This document shows positions 43,898 through 51,090 of a DNA stretch of 51,090 bases, one piece after another. Origin of the DNA: an archaeon. GTDB lineage: Archaea; Nanobdellota; Nanobdellia; Pacearchaeales; GW2011-AR1. The DNA is taken from NCBI GenBank assembly GCA_043817815.1, contig JBDRGM010000040.1:1-51090 (forward strand), in the 5' to 3' direction. The notes under the pieces are model-generated. The model saw only the letters and a list, made by a program, of their open reading frames with translations, did not search any database and was not told the origin of the DNA. Within the stretch, counting starts at the first letter, position 1, and each line of letters opens with the position of its first letter. A program made the position numbers and the translations under genes.

Positions 43898-44103
43898 GTA
43901 TCTATTAAATTCCCAAGATTTAAAAACCCTTGTTGATAAAGATTATCATGACAAATAACGTTAGGAATTGTCGGCATTATTAGAATTTTGAATTTTCTTA
44001 GTTGTAACCTTCTTTTTGAAAAACCTTTTAAATTATATTTTACTGAATTAAATAATGAAAACAACCCTCTGGTTTTTTTCGATTTTCCTCAAAGCACGGA
44101 AAG

Positions 44104-44136
44104 GCGATTTCTTCAATTGCCTCCGACGGAAATCGC
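44104..44136 (+). other. Hairpin GCGATTTC-N17-GAAATCGC in the region upstream of tRNA-His
   Basis: Perfect 8-bp inverted repeat read directly. Ends 24 nt before the tRNA. Confidence 0.35.
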
Positions 44137-44159
44137 ACAAAAAATCAAAGGATTTTTAT

Positions 44160-44232
44160 GGCGAATGTGGTCTAACGGTTATGACGTACGGTTGTGGTCC
44201 GTGAAAAGGGAGTTCGACTCTCCCCTTTCGCC
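44160..44232 (+). tRNA. tRNA-His (GTG) with genome-encoded G-1
   Basis: G-1 opposite discriminator C73. Acceptor GCGAATG/CTTTCGC (one T-T mismatch at 6-67), D arm GTCT-AACGGTTA-TGAC, anticodon arm TACGG-TTGTGGT-CCGTG, T arm GGGAG-TTCGACT-CTCCC. Confidence 0.88.
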
Positions 44233-44253
44233 CTTATATTCAAAGAGGATAAA

Positions 44254-44676
44254 ATGAAAAAACAAAATATTTTATTTATTTGTAAATACAATAGATTTAG
44301 GAGCAAGGTAGCTGAAACTTATTTTAAAAAAGTAAACAAAAATTCAAAAATAAAAACAAAAACTGCTGGAATTATCGAGGTGAATAAACCTTTGGATATT
44401 AATGAAAGAAAGAGGAATGTTTATTTGAAAAAAACTTTTGGGTTTGTTTTAAGGGCAAAATCTGTTAGTGTGAGTGTTAGGTCTCTTTTATGGGCAGATA
44501 GAATAATTATTGTTGCAGACGATGTTCCAAAAATTTTGTTTAATAGCAAAAAGTGGAAAAACAAAGTAGAAGTATGGAAAGTTCCAGATGAAGATGCAGA
44601 TAATGAAAGAAACATTAATAGAATTGTTAAATCTATTAAGATTGAAATAAATAAATTAGTAAAAGAATTAAAATGA
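44254..44676 (+). CDS. Low-molecular-weight protein-tyrosine phosphatase / ArsC-like
   Basis: NILFICKYNRFRS contains the CX5R(S) P-loop; VPDEDAD lies downstream. The track ORF (44194) runs through the tRNA, so the start is taken at ATG 44254. Confidence 0.75.
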   Translation: MKKQNILFICKYNRFRSKVAETYFKKVNKNSKIKTKTAGIIEVNKPLDINERKRNVYLKKTFGFVLRAKSVSVSVRSLLWADRIIIVADDVPKILFNSKKWKNKVEVWKVPDEDADNERNINRIVKSIKIEINKLVKELK

Positions 44677-45794
44677 ACACAGTAAAAGGCTTTCGTGATT
44701 ATGCTGGAGAAGAAGCACTCAAACGAGAAGAGATAAGGAAAATTTTAGTCGAGATTTTTGTGAAATATGGGTTTAATCCTGCTGAGACTCCTGTTATTGA
44801 GAGTGAGGAATTTGTTCGGGGAGATAATACTAATGACGAAGCTGTTAGTGATATTTTTAAGTTGAAAGACAAGGGAAAAAGAAAACTTGCATTAAGATAT
44901 GAATTAACTTTTCCATTGAAGCGCCTCATGAAAAATCAAAAGCTTCCATATAGGAGGTATCAAATTGGTCCTGTGTTTAGAGATGAACCTATACAAGGGA
45001 ATAGGTCTAGGCAATTTATTTCATGTGATGTTGATGTTGTTGGAAGTACTGTGAAAGATGAAGCAGAGATTTTAGCAACAGCAAAATCTATTTTAGATAA
45101 ATTAAAAATAGAGAATATCATTTTTATTAATAATAGAAAATTAATGAATGAAGTTCTTGAGGATAATGGGATTAAGAAAAATAAAGAGCAAGTGTTAAGA
45201 GAGATAGATAAATATGACAAATTGCCTGAGAAAGAGATTAGAGCGTCCTTGAAGAAATTAAAGGCTGAAAATGTACTTGATAGTATAAAAAAAGGCGAAA
45301 AGTACTTTAGTCAATTTGATTCATATAAAGAAGTAATTAGTTTGATGGATTATTGCAAGAATTATGGGGTTAAGGTTTTATTTTCACCTACTATTGTGAG
45401 GGGTTTGTCTTATTATAATGGAACAGTTTTTGAAATAAAGTCAAATATAAAAGAGACAATTTTTGGAGGAGGGGCTTATATTTTTAATGAGGTTCAATGT
45501 GTTGGATATGGTGTAAGTATTGAACGTCTTAGTATGGTTGCAAAATTCAAAACTCAAGGTGAGAAATATTTAGTTGTTTCACTTGAGCAAGATAAGCAAG
45601 CAATTAAAATTGCAGAGAAGTTAAGGAAAAAAGGGAAGGTCGTATCTATTTATTATGGCAAGCCATCTAAAGCATTACAGTATGCAAATAGTTATGATAT
45701 TGATAATGTTATTTTTGTTGGAGAAAAAGAAATTAAGAGTAAGAAATTTAAAGTTAAGGATATGAAGAGTGGGAAAGAAAGTTATTTAAAATAA
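44673..45794 (+). CDS. hisS: Histidyl-tRNA synthetase (compact)
   Basis: GFRDY, LRYELTFPL, FRDEPIQGNRSRQFISCDVDVVG (motif 2), FGGGAY...GYGVSIERL (motif 3) and a C-terminal anticodon-binding-like domain. Overlaps the phosphatase gene by 4 nt (ATGA). Confidence 0.88.
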   Translation: MNTVKGFRDYAGEEALKREEIRKILVEIFVKYGFNPAETPVIESEEFVRGDNTNDEAVSDIFKLKDKGKRKLALRYELTFPLKRLMKNQKLPYRRYQIGPVFRDEPIQGNRSRQFISCDVDVVGSTVKDEAEILATAKSILDKLKIENIIFINNRKLMNEVLEDNGIKKNKEQVLREIDKYDKLPEKEIRASLKKLKAENVLDSIKKGEKYFSQFDSYKEVISLMDYCKNYGVKVLFSPTIVRGLSYYNGTVFEIKSNIKETIFGGGAYIFNEVQCVGYGVSIERLSMVAKFKTQGEKYLVVSLEQDKQAIKIAEKLRKKGKVVSIYYGKPSKALQYANSYDIDNVIFVGEKEIKSKKFKVKDMKSGKESYLK

Positions 45795-45811
45795 TTTAGG
45801 GTTTATTATCT

Positions 45812-46156
45812 ATGAAAAAATTGGGTGATTTGTTGAGAAAGTCTAAGAAAGGGGTGACTAGTAAAGAAAGAGAGCATTTTTATGAGTCAGGATACCTTCA
45901 GGAGATTATTCCGAAAAATTTGAATTATGACCATCTTTTTGATTTGGAGTGGAGGAGTCATATTGAAAAAAATGCACAAAAATATTCTCTTGTTTTTCTT
46001 GTAATGTGCCTTGTGTTTCTTGTTTTTGTGAAAAGTAGTTTAATTACTGGTTATGTTATAAATAATTCTTTAGAGGTAGCTTCAAATGTTGGAATAATTA
46101 TTTGTGTTATTGGAATTATTGGTTTGTTGGTTTTGAAGTTAAGAAGTAAAAAATAA
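45812..46156 (+). CDS. Hypothetical small membrane protein
   Basis: Two hydrophobic helices in the C-terminal half. Confidence 0.4.
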   Translation: MKKLGDLLRKSKKGVTSKEREHFYESGYLQEIIPKNLNYDHLFDLEWRSHIEKNAQKYSLVFLVMCLVFLVFVKSSLITGYVINNSLEVASNVGIIICVIGIIGLLVLKLRSKK

Positions 46157-46831
46157 TCATTCAACCTCAACATCCATTCTCCAACTATTTTTTTCACCAC
46201 TGATTTTTTTATTAGTTACTTTTAATTCTTTATTGAACAATGGGCAATTGAGTACAAATGTTTCAAATTCACCACCTTCGCCTGCTGGATGAATTTTGTA
46301 TTTGTTATGAAGTTCTTTAACGTCTTCGATGAATTGTTGATTTATTTCTCGTCCTAGCCATGATTTGTCAAGGGGGTAGGCAAAGACACCTGTGATGATT
46401 ACTTTGAAATTGTTTTTGATTAGTTCTTCTAAATATTCAAATTCATCTTTTTTCCAGAGTGGGTTAAAGCATTTTAGATTTAACTTGTCGCAAATCTTTT
46501 TGATTCTTGAAGCTTGATACTCTGATTTTATTGCTCCTGTAACAATGCAGTTTATTTTGTATTTTTCTTTTGCTTTTTTAATTGCCTTTTCTAAATCTTT
46601 TAGTTCTTCTTCTTTTTCGCCTTTTGTTTCTTGAATTATTAATGGAAGGTTCATAATTTTTGTTTGTTTTTTTACTTTAGTTATTGAGGGTGTGTGAAAC
46701 ATGTAGCTTTCTTCATTATCTGAGAATATTGATATAAGACAAGTTAATTCATGCCCTGCTTTTTTTGCTAGCCATGCTGAGTAGCATGAGTCTTTGCCTC
46801 CTGAGAATAGGATTGCTGATTTATTTGCCAT
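46157..46831 (-). CDS. Diphthine-ammonia ligase-like PP-loop ATPase (Dph6/MJ0570 family)
   Basis: AILFSGGKDSCYS (SGGKDS PP-loop), GAIKSEYQ and PAGEGGEFETFV. Confidence 0.8.
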   Translation of the reverse strand: MANKSAILFSGGKDSCYSAWLAKKAGHELTCLISIFSDNEESYMFHTPSITKVKKQTKIMNLPLIIQETKGEKEEELKDLEKAIKKAKEKYKINCIVTGAIKSEYQASRIKKICDKLNLKCFNPLWKKDEFEYLEELIKNNFKVIITGVFAYPLDKSWLGREINQQFIEDVKELHNKYKIHPAGEGGEFETFVLNCPLFNKELKVTNKKISGEKNSWRMDVEVE

Positions 46832-46891
46832 AATAAAAAGAATTTTCTGGAGTATATAAAAATTTATAAATGAATTTATTCTTAATTTATT

Positions 46892-47128
46892 ATGGAATTT
46901 AATAACTTTGAGGAAGAAATTCTGGCAAATAAATGGGAAAGAAAAGTAGATAGCAAATTAAAAAAATCTTTAGAAAGATGTTGGGGGGATTGTTGTAAGA
47001 CAGATATTGATATAGGAGATGTTCCTGAAAATGTTAGAAATTATCTTTTACGAGAATTTAGTAAATGTTCATTAGATGCGAGATATCTTGGAGAGGGGAT
47101 TATGAGGGTTTCATATAACATCCATTAA
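46892..47128 (+). CDS. Hypothetical small Cys-containing protein
   Basis: ORF only. Confidence 0.3.
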   Translation: MEFNNFEEEILANKWERKVDSKLKKSLERCWGDCCKTDIDIGDVPENVRNYLLREFSKCSLDARYLGEGIMRVSYNIH

Positions 47129-47134
47129 TAGCTA

Positions 47135-48010
47135 TTACCCAAGCGGATTCTCAAACTTTTCATCAACCTCTTTTAATCGTGTTTTTTGTTCTTTGTCAAG
47201 TTCTTGGAGTTGTTCTTCAATTTCCTGTTTTAGGTCAGCAAAAGGGTCTGGATTGTGTTTAAGAAAAGTTTTTTTGAGCCAGATATAAATTTCACCAAAA
47301 TGTTCTTGTTGTTCAAGCCATATTTTTTTTTGATGTTCTAAGTGTAATAAGGGGGATAAAGAGATTATTCTTTCCTCTTTTGTGTTTGATACAAATTCTT
47401 CAAATGAAATTTTTGTTTGTTTTTGATTTGCTTCAAAATGAATTGTTAATCTCGCATAAAAGTCTTTTATTTTATCTTTTATGTTGAATCTTCTCTTTGC
47501 CATTGAGAAATTAGTTAATCTAAGAGCATTTCTGTGAACTATTTCTCTTTTTATTCTCCTATTTTCAGTGGTTATTGCTTTGTTTAGTGATTCTATTAAT
47601 TCTTTCAATGTGACTTTTTTGAATCTTGGCATTGGGGATTTTACAATTAGTTCTGGAATTTCTTCTTCGAGCTCAATTCTTTCTAAAGGATATTGTTTTT
47701 TTTCTTTTTTTCCAAATAGAATTTCATCAATGTCTTTGATATATTGATTTAATAGAATCTCTGATTTAATTCTTAATAGTAATGAGGCTGCTAAGAGGAC
47801 TTTACTTGAAACAAAGAAGTCGTTTTCTTCTAAATTATTTATTTTTTCTAAATATTTTTCTGTAAGAATTGTTATATTAATATCCCAGGGATCTAATTGT
47901 TCTGTGTTGATTAGGTCGTAGATTATTTCTTGCCACCCTAATTCTCTACTGAAAAGTAAATCGTGGATTTGTTGTTGTTTGATTGATTTAATTATTTCCT
48001 CTTTTTCCAT
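47135..48010 (-). CDS. scpA: Segregation and condensation protein A (kleisin ScpA)
   Basis: QLDPWDINITILTEKYLEKINNLEE...VSSKVLLAASLLLRIKSEILL is the ScpA N-terminal signature. Confidence 0.8.
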   Translation of the reverse strand: MEKEEIIKSIKQQQIHDLLFSRELGWQEIIYDLINTEQLDPWDINITILTEKYLEKINNLEENDFFVSSKVLLAASLLLRIKSEILLNQYIKDIDEILFGKKEKKQYPLERIELEEEIPELIVKSPMPRFKKVTLKELIESLNKAITTENRRIKREIVHRNALRLTNFSMAKRRFNIKDKIKDFYARLTIHFEANQKQTKISFEEFVSNTKEERIISLSPLLHLEHQKKIWLEQQEHFGEIYIWLKKTFLKHNPDPFADLKQEIEEQLQELDKEQKTRLKEVDEKFENPLG

Positions 48011-48265
48011 AAAGAGTTGAGGGGATTGTGTTTTATAAAATTACCGACGATAAATTTGTGTGGTGTGTAAATAAAATTATATGTAGTATGTAATAGGAGA
48101 TGGATGTAGTGCCTAAGATAAATTGATTGTTAGTTTTATTTATAAAATATATTTGAACTATATACCACTTTGGAAAGGAAACCTCTTGTCATTTTTGAAG
48201 GGTGACATAACCGAAAGGTTTATATATTTCAATATATTCTATTTTTTATCACCTCTTTTTCCCCA

Positions 48266-48310
48266 GGAGAGGCTTCAAGTCATCTTTTTTGACCGACTTG
48301 AAGAATCTCC
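48266..48310. other. Long imperfect hairpin GGAGA-GG-CTTCAAGT-C[13 nt]G-ACTTGAAG-AA-TCTCC in a 370-bp non-coding gap
   Basis: Read directly: 5 + 9 bp with a 2x2 internal loop. A nearby AACC-GAAA-GGTT (GNRA-type) mini-hairpin and a TGTCA/TGACA hairpin lie at about 48175-48225. Confidence 0.3.
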
Positions 48311-48382
48311 CAGGGTTATAATTATTAAAATTACTTAATGTAAAAAGAGTGGGCTTAATAACACTTGATGTTGCCCTTATAT

Positions 48383-48625
48383 TTATTCTTTTTTATCTTC
48401 TTGTTTTTCCTCAGTTTTCTTTCCTTCAAATTCTGAGTAATGGCATTTTCCACAATAAGCTCGTCCTTGTGAGACGTTTAAGAAAACTCCTGGACCGCAA
48501 CGAGGGCATGTTCGTGCTCGTGAGACTTTGTCGCCTTCTATTTTATACTTAGTATATTTCTTACTAGTAAGTTTATTCTTGTGAGGTTTCTTTCCTTTTT
48601 TTACTGATTTTTTTTTCTTAGCCAT
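48383..48625 (-). CDS. rps27ae: Ribosomal protein S27ae (eS31)
   Basis: CPRCGPGVFL...YCGKCHY zinc ribbon. Lys-rich N-terminus. Confidence 0.9.
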   Translation of the reverse strand: MAKKKKSVKKGKKPHKNKLTSKKYTKYKIEGDKVSRARTCPRCGPGVFLNVSQGRAYCGKCHYSEFEGKKTEEKQEDKKE

Positions 48626-49035
48626 TATTTAGCTTCGCCTTTTGGCTCAGGATTTTCTTTAGTAGTTAATGATTCATTTGAAGTCTGTTGTTGAGGGGTT
48701 TGCGAGGTATCACTTGATTGAACCTCTTGTGCAGGTTCTGCTTTTGTAGCTTCAGTAGCTTTTTTTTCAGACTCAGCGTCTTTCTTTTTCTTAATTTCGT
48801 ATTTATCTAAATTTTCTTTTGAATCATAAATATTGGCGACAATTACAAAAACTCTTGAGCCAAATTTTCCCATTATTGTTCTTACCTTAATATTTTCTGA
48901 ATTAGCTGAGAATTTTTCGGAAATTACTTTTCTTACATCTTCACGGCTTGGTGCGACATCTGTTTCAATCTCACCTTCGATTTCTTTTCTATTGAATAAG
49001 GGATTTTCTGTTTCAGAAATTATTTTTAATTCCAT
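48625..49035 (-). CDS. rps24e: Ribosomal protein S24e (eS24) with low-complexity C-terminal extension
   Basis: ENPLFNRKEIEGEI...PSREDVRKVISEKF...GKFGSRVFVIVANIYDS. About 50 extra C-terminal residues rich in E/K/T/Q/S. Confidence 0.9.
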   Translation of the reverse strand: MELKIISETENPLFNRKEIEGEIETDVAPSREDVRKVISEKFSANSENIKVRTIMGKFGSRVFVIVANIYDSKENLDKYEIKKKKDAESEKKATEATKAEPAQEVQSSDTSQTPQQQTSNESLTTKENPEPKGEAK

Positions 49036-49226
49036 TATCTTGTTTTGATTGCAAAATTTCCTTTGCCTTTGATGTTTATTTTATTTGCAATTTCTGATTT
49101 TTCTGGATTTAAAACAACGATTCTCCCTTTGAAAGCGTCTGTTGATTCTTTGGAATCACATTTAGGACATTTGTCTTTTCCTTCATATATTGTGTTGCAT
49201 ATTTTACATGCTTTTGCTTTTGCCAT
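49035..49226 (-). CDS. spt4: Transcription elongation factor Spt4 (RpoE'')
   Basis: CKIC...CPKC zinc ribbon, then GRIVVLNPEKSEIANKINIKGKGNFAIK. Confidence 0.85.
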   Translation of the reverse strand: MAKAKACKICNTIYEGKDKCPKCDSKESTDAFKGRIVVLNPEKSEIANKINIKGKGNFAIKTR

Positions 49227-49227
49227 T

Positions 49228-49839
49228 TTATTTCTTTTTCCCCCCTGATTTTCCTTTGACTGATTTTTCTTCTGCTTTTACTATTTTTTCGTCTTCTTTT
49301 TGTTTTTTGATTTTGTCTTCTTTTAGCCATTCTAGTTTTCCTAAACCAGGCTGTCTCATTGTTAACCCCATTTTTGTTTCATCACCTTTGTGACTAATTG
49401 AAACTATTCTTGCTATGCACAAGTCTCCTTGTTTTAATGTTCTTTTGCTTGCTTTTCCTAAGAGCGAATTTGCTTTGCTGAAGCTCACATAATCATCCAT
49501 TGTCTGGCTGATGTGTATCATTCCAGTCATCACTCCTAAATCCATAAATGCTCCGAAAGTTGTTATTTCAGAAATTGTTCCATAAACTAGTTCTTGTAGT
49601 TCTGGTTTCCATACAACTAATTTGAATCTTGAGCAGTAGTATGTTGCACCGTCTCCAGGAATGATAACCCCTTCTTTTACCTCGAGAACTTCTACAACTA
49701 CCACTGTTTTTCCTAATTCTTTGTCGTAATAATCTGCGTATGTTTCTCTAAGTTGCTTTTCTACAGCCTCTGTAGTAGGCAGACCAAATAACTTTGGTTC
49801 TACTCTTACATAGTCTTCAACTTCAGTTAGATAAAACAT
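49228..49839 (-). CDS. rpoE: RNA polymerase subunit Rpo7 (RpoE') with S1 domain
   Basis: MFYLTEVEDYVRVEPKLFG start. S1 fold: GTISEITTFGAFMDLG...GMIHISQ. Lys-rich tail. Confidence 0.9.
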   Translation of the reverse strand: MFYLTEVEDYVRVEPKLFGLPTTEAVEKQLRETYADYYDKELGKTVVVVEVLEVKEGVIIPGDGATYYCSRFKLVVWKPELQELVYGTISEITTFGAFMDLGVMTGMIHISQTMDDYVSFSKANSLLGKASKRTLKQGDLCIARIVSISHKGDETKMGLTMRQPGLGKLEWLKEDKIKKQKEDEKIVKAEEKSVKGKSGGKKK

Positions 49840-49878
49840 TTTATTAAAAAAAGAGTGTGGGATGGTTTAAAAAGTTAA

Positions 49879-50226
49879 CTAAACAACCTCTAGCTTTTTT
49901 TTACCTCTTATTACTAATTTATTATTCTTGACTTTGTTTTTTATCTCTTTATCTAATGTTGCTATGATTGTATTAGGGTGTTTATTTGCGTAGAGGATTA
50001 TTCTTTTGTCAACGTGTCCTTTGCCAATATCAATTTTTTTGAATTTGTTTTTTTCTAAGAGTTTTAGTGAAAATTCTGTGTTTGGGTTTTTCAAATTTCT
50101 TATTTCATTAATAACTTGTTTTGGGATGATAATTTGTATTCCTCTTGAAGGAATTTGTTCAAAAAAATCTATTTTTTGTTTTATGCATGTTAGTATGAAA
50201 TTTGTGTCTAATATTACTTGTTTCAT
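49879..50226 (-). CDS. PIN-domain protein
   Basis: VILDTNFIL start. In the conserved archaeal position upstream of rpoE'-spt4-rps24e-rps27ae. Confidence 0.75.
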   Translation of the reverse strand: MKQVILDTNFILTCIKQKIDFFEQIPSRGIQIIIPKQVINEIRNLKNPNTEFSLKLLEKNKFKKIDIGKGHVDKRIILYANKHPNTIIATLDKEIKNKVKNNKLVIRGKKKLEVV

Positions 50227-50256
50227 AATTAATTAATGGAGAAGAGGTATAAAAAG

Positions 50257-50466
50257 TTAAGCAATACGTGAGCCAAGGTATACTGCTCTTTCATCGGATG
50301 AAGTATAACATCTTTTGCAACCTTTGCAAGATTCTAGGTGTTTGTCTACTTCTTTTTTTTCATCTCGACTAAGTCTGTTGTCAAAATAGTCAGCTCTTAG
50401 TTTTTTAGCTTTAATTTTTTTGCAAATTTGCTCTAATTCGTTTCTCATATTATAAAAAATAGACAC
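50257..50466 (-). CDS. Small protein with HxxxCxxC zinc-finger-like motif
   Basis: HLESCKGCKRC resembles a zf-HC2 motif. 69 aa. Confidence 0.35.
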   Translation of the reverse strand: MSIFYNMRNELEQICKKIKAKKLRADYFDNRLSRDEKKEVDKHLESCKGCKRCYTSSDERAVYLGSRIA

Positions 50467-50527
50467 TTCTTTATATTAATTGTGGAATTTTAAGAACATT
50501 TATTAATCAAAATTTCTTTATTGTTTT

Positions 50528-51085
50528 ATGCAAGAAGAGGAAAATATTTTGAGGATTCTTGAAGAGACGAAAACTGCTGTTCAGAATAATGATACTTTTA
50601 AGATTAAACAGTTGAGTGACCAGACGAATAATACTGTTGCGCGGACGCAGGACCCAGATAATATCGCTGTTGCTGTTATTGTTTATGCTATTGGAAAAAT
50701 TTTGGAGAGGGGTTATCAAAATCAGAATGGTTGGGATATTTTTTACAAGAATATGTTAGTTTATCTTGATAAAGCAATTGTTTCTATAAAAAGTAAGAAG
50801 CCGGAAGAATTTAGTAGGAGTCTTGAATTGATGAGGGGTTCAATAACTAAGTTGTCTGGAAATCTGAAGAAATATATTTCTGATGTTTTTAGAAAGGCTA
50901 GTATAAATAAGGCGTCGAAAATTTATGAGCATGGGATTTCAATGGAGAAAACTGCGAGTCTTTTAGGGATTACAATGTTTGAACTTGCGAGTTATGCAGG
51001 AGAAAGAGAAATTGCAGATACTCCTGAGAGTAATACATTGGGGGTTAAGCAGAGAATTAAATTGGCAATGGAGATGTTTGGATGA
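50528..51085 (+). CDS. Hypothetical protein with C-terminal helix-turn-helix-like segment
   Basis: GISMEKTASLLGITMFELASYAG looks like an HTH. No family recognised. Confidence 0.45.
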   Translation: MQEEENILRILEETKTAVQNNDTFKIKQLSDQTNNTVARTQDPDNIAVAVIVYAIGKILERGYQNQNGWDIFYKNMLVYLDKAIVSIKSKKPEEFSRSLELMRGSITKLSGNLKKYISDVFRKASINKASKIYEHGISMEKTASLLGITMFELASYAGEREIADTPESNTLGVKQRIKLAMEMFG

Positions 51086-51090
51086 AAATA

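Noticed and set aside
43988-44257. The 89-aa ORF and the N-terminal 20 codons of the 44194 ORF
   Set aside because: Both run straight through the tRNA-His gene (44160-44232). The phosphatase motif begins right after the internal ATG at 44254.
48123-48552. Track ORFs 48123-48338 and 48349-48552 as genes
   Set aside because: The first is Phe/Ile/Leu-rich spacer translation. The second is antisense to rps27ae.
1-51090. CRISPR arrays, rRNA genes, IS elements/transposases, integrases
   Set aside because: I scanned for regularly spaced direct repeats, long GC-rich structured stretches and DDE/tyrosine-recombinase-like ORFs, and found none. The only periodic repeats are the coding repeats in the HNH gene and in the 476-aa gene.

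Overview
AT-rich (roughly one-third GC by eye), densely coding archaeal window using the standard code. The archaeal assignment rests on a thermosome, ribosomal proteins L35Ae, L10e, S24e and S27ae, the Spt4 - Rpo7/RpoE' - PIN operon, a class III signal-peptide pilin, a Dph6-type diphthine-ammonia ligase, and a tRNA-Tyr with C1-G72 and an anticodon-loop intron. Small reduced genes, many orphan ORFs and a form II/III RuBisCO suggest a DPANN-type lineage; this is inference. I recognise five tRNAs (Asp, Tyr with a 69-nt intron, Gly, Val, His), three aminoacyl-tRNA synthetases (SerRS, HisRS and a C-terminally truncated GluRS), several transporters (Kef/CPA2, P-type ATPase, Na/Pi family, EamA, MFS, ABC exporter), one RelE/ParE toxin-antitoxin pair, an HNH endonuclease, three Pol-beta-type nucleotidyltransferase proteins and a small HerA/FtsK-like ATPase. 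The most unusual signals are at the DNA level. (1) Two different tRNA genes (Asp and Tyr) are each followed by short direct repeats of their own 3' ends, which partition the downstream DNA into small cassettes (TA module, HNH endonuclease, orphan ORFs). No recombinase is in view. (2) The RuBisCO / P-type ATPase pair is bracketed by decayed 3'-terminal relics of the two flanking transporter genes, which looks like a rearrangement scar. (3) Two blocks of unrecognisable genes (28.9-34.2 kb and 37.8-39.7 kb) surround an ABC - nucleotidyltransferase - GNAT operon. No CRISPR array, rRNA or recognisable IS/transposase was seen. All family calls come from motif recognition by eye, not from searches.
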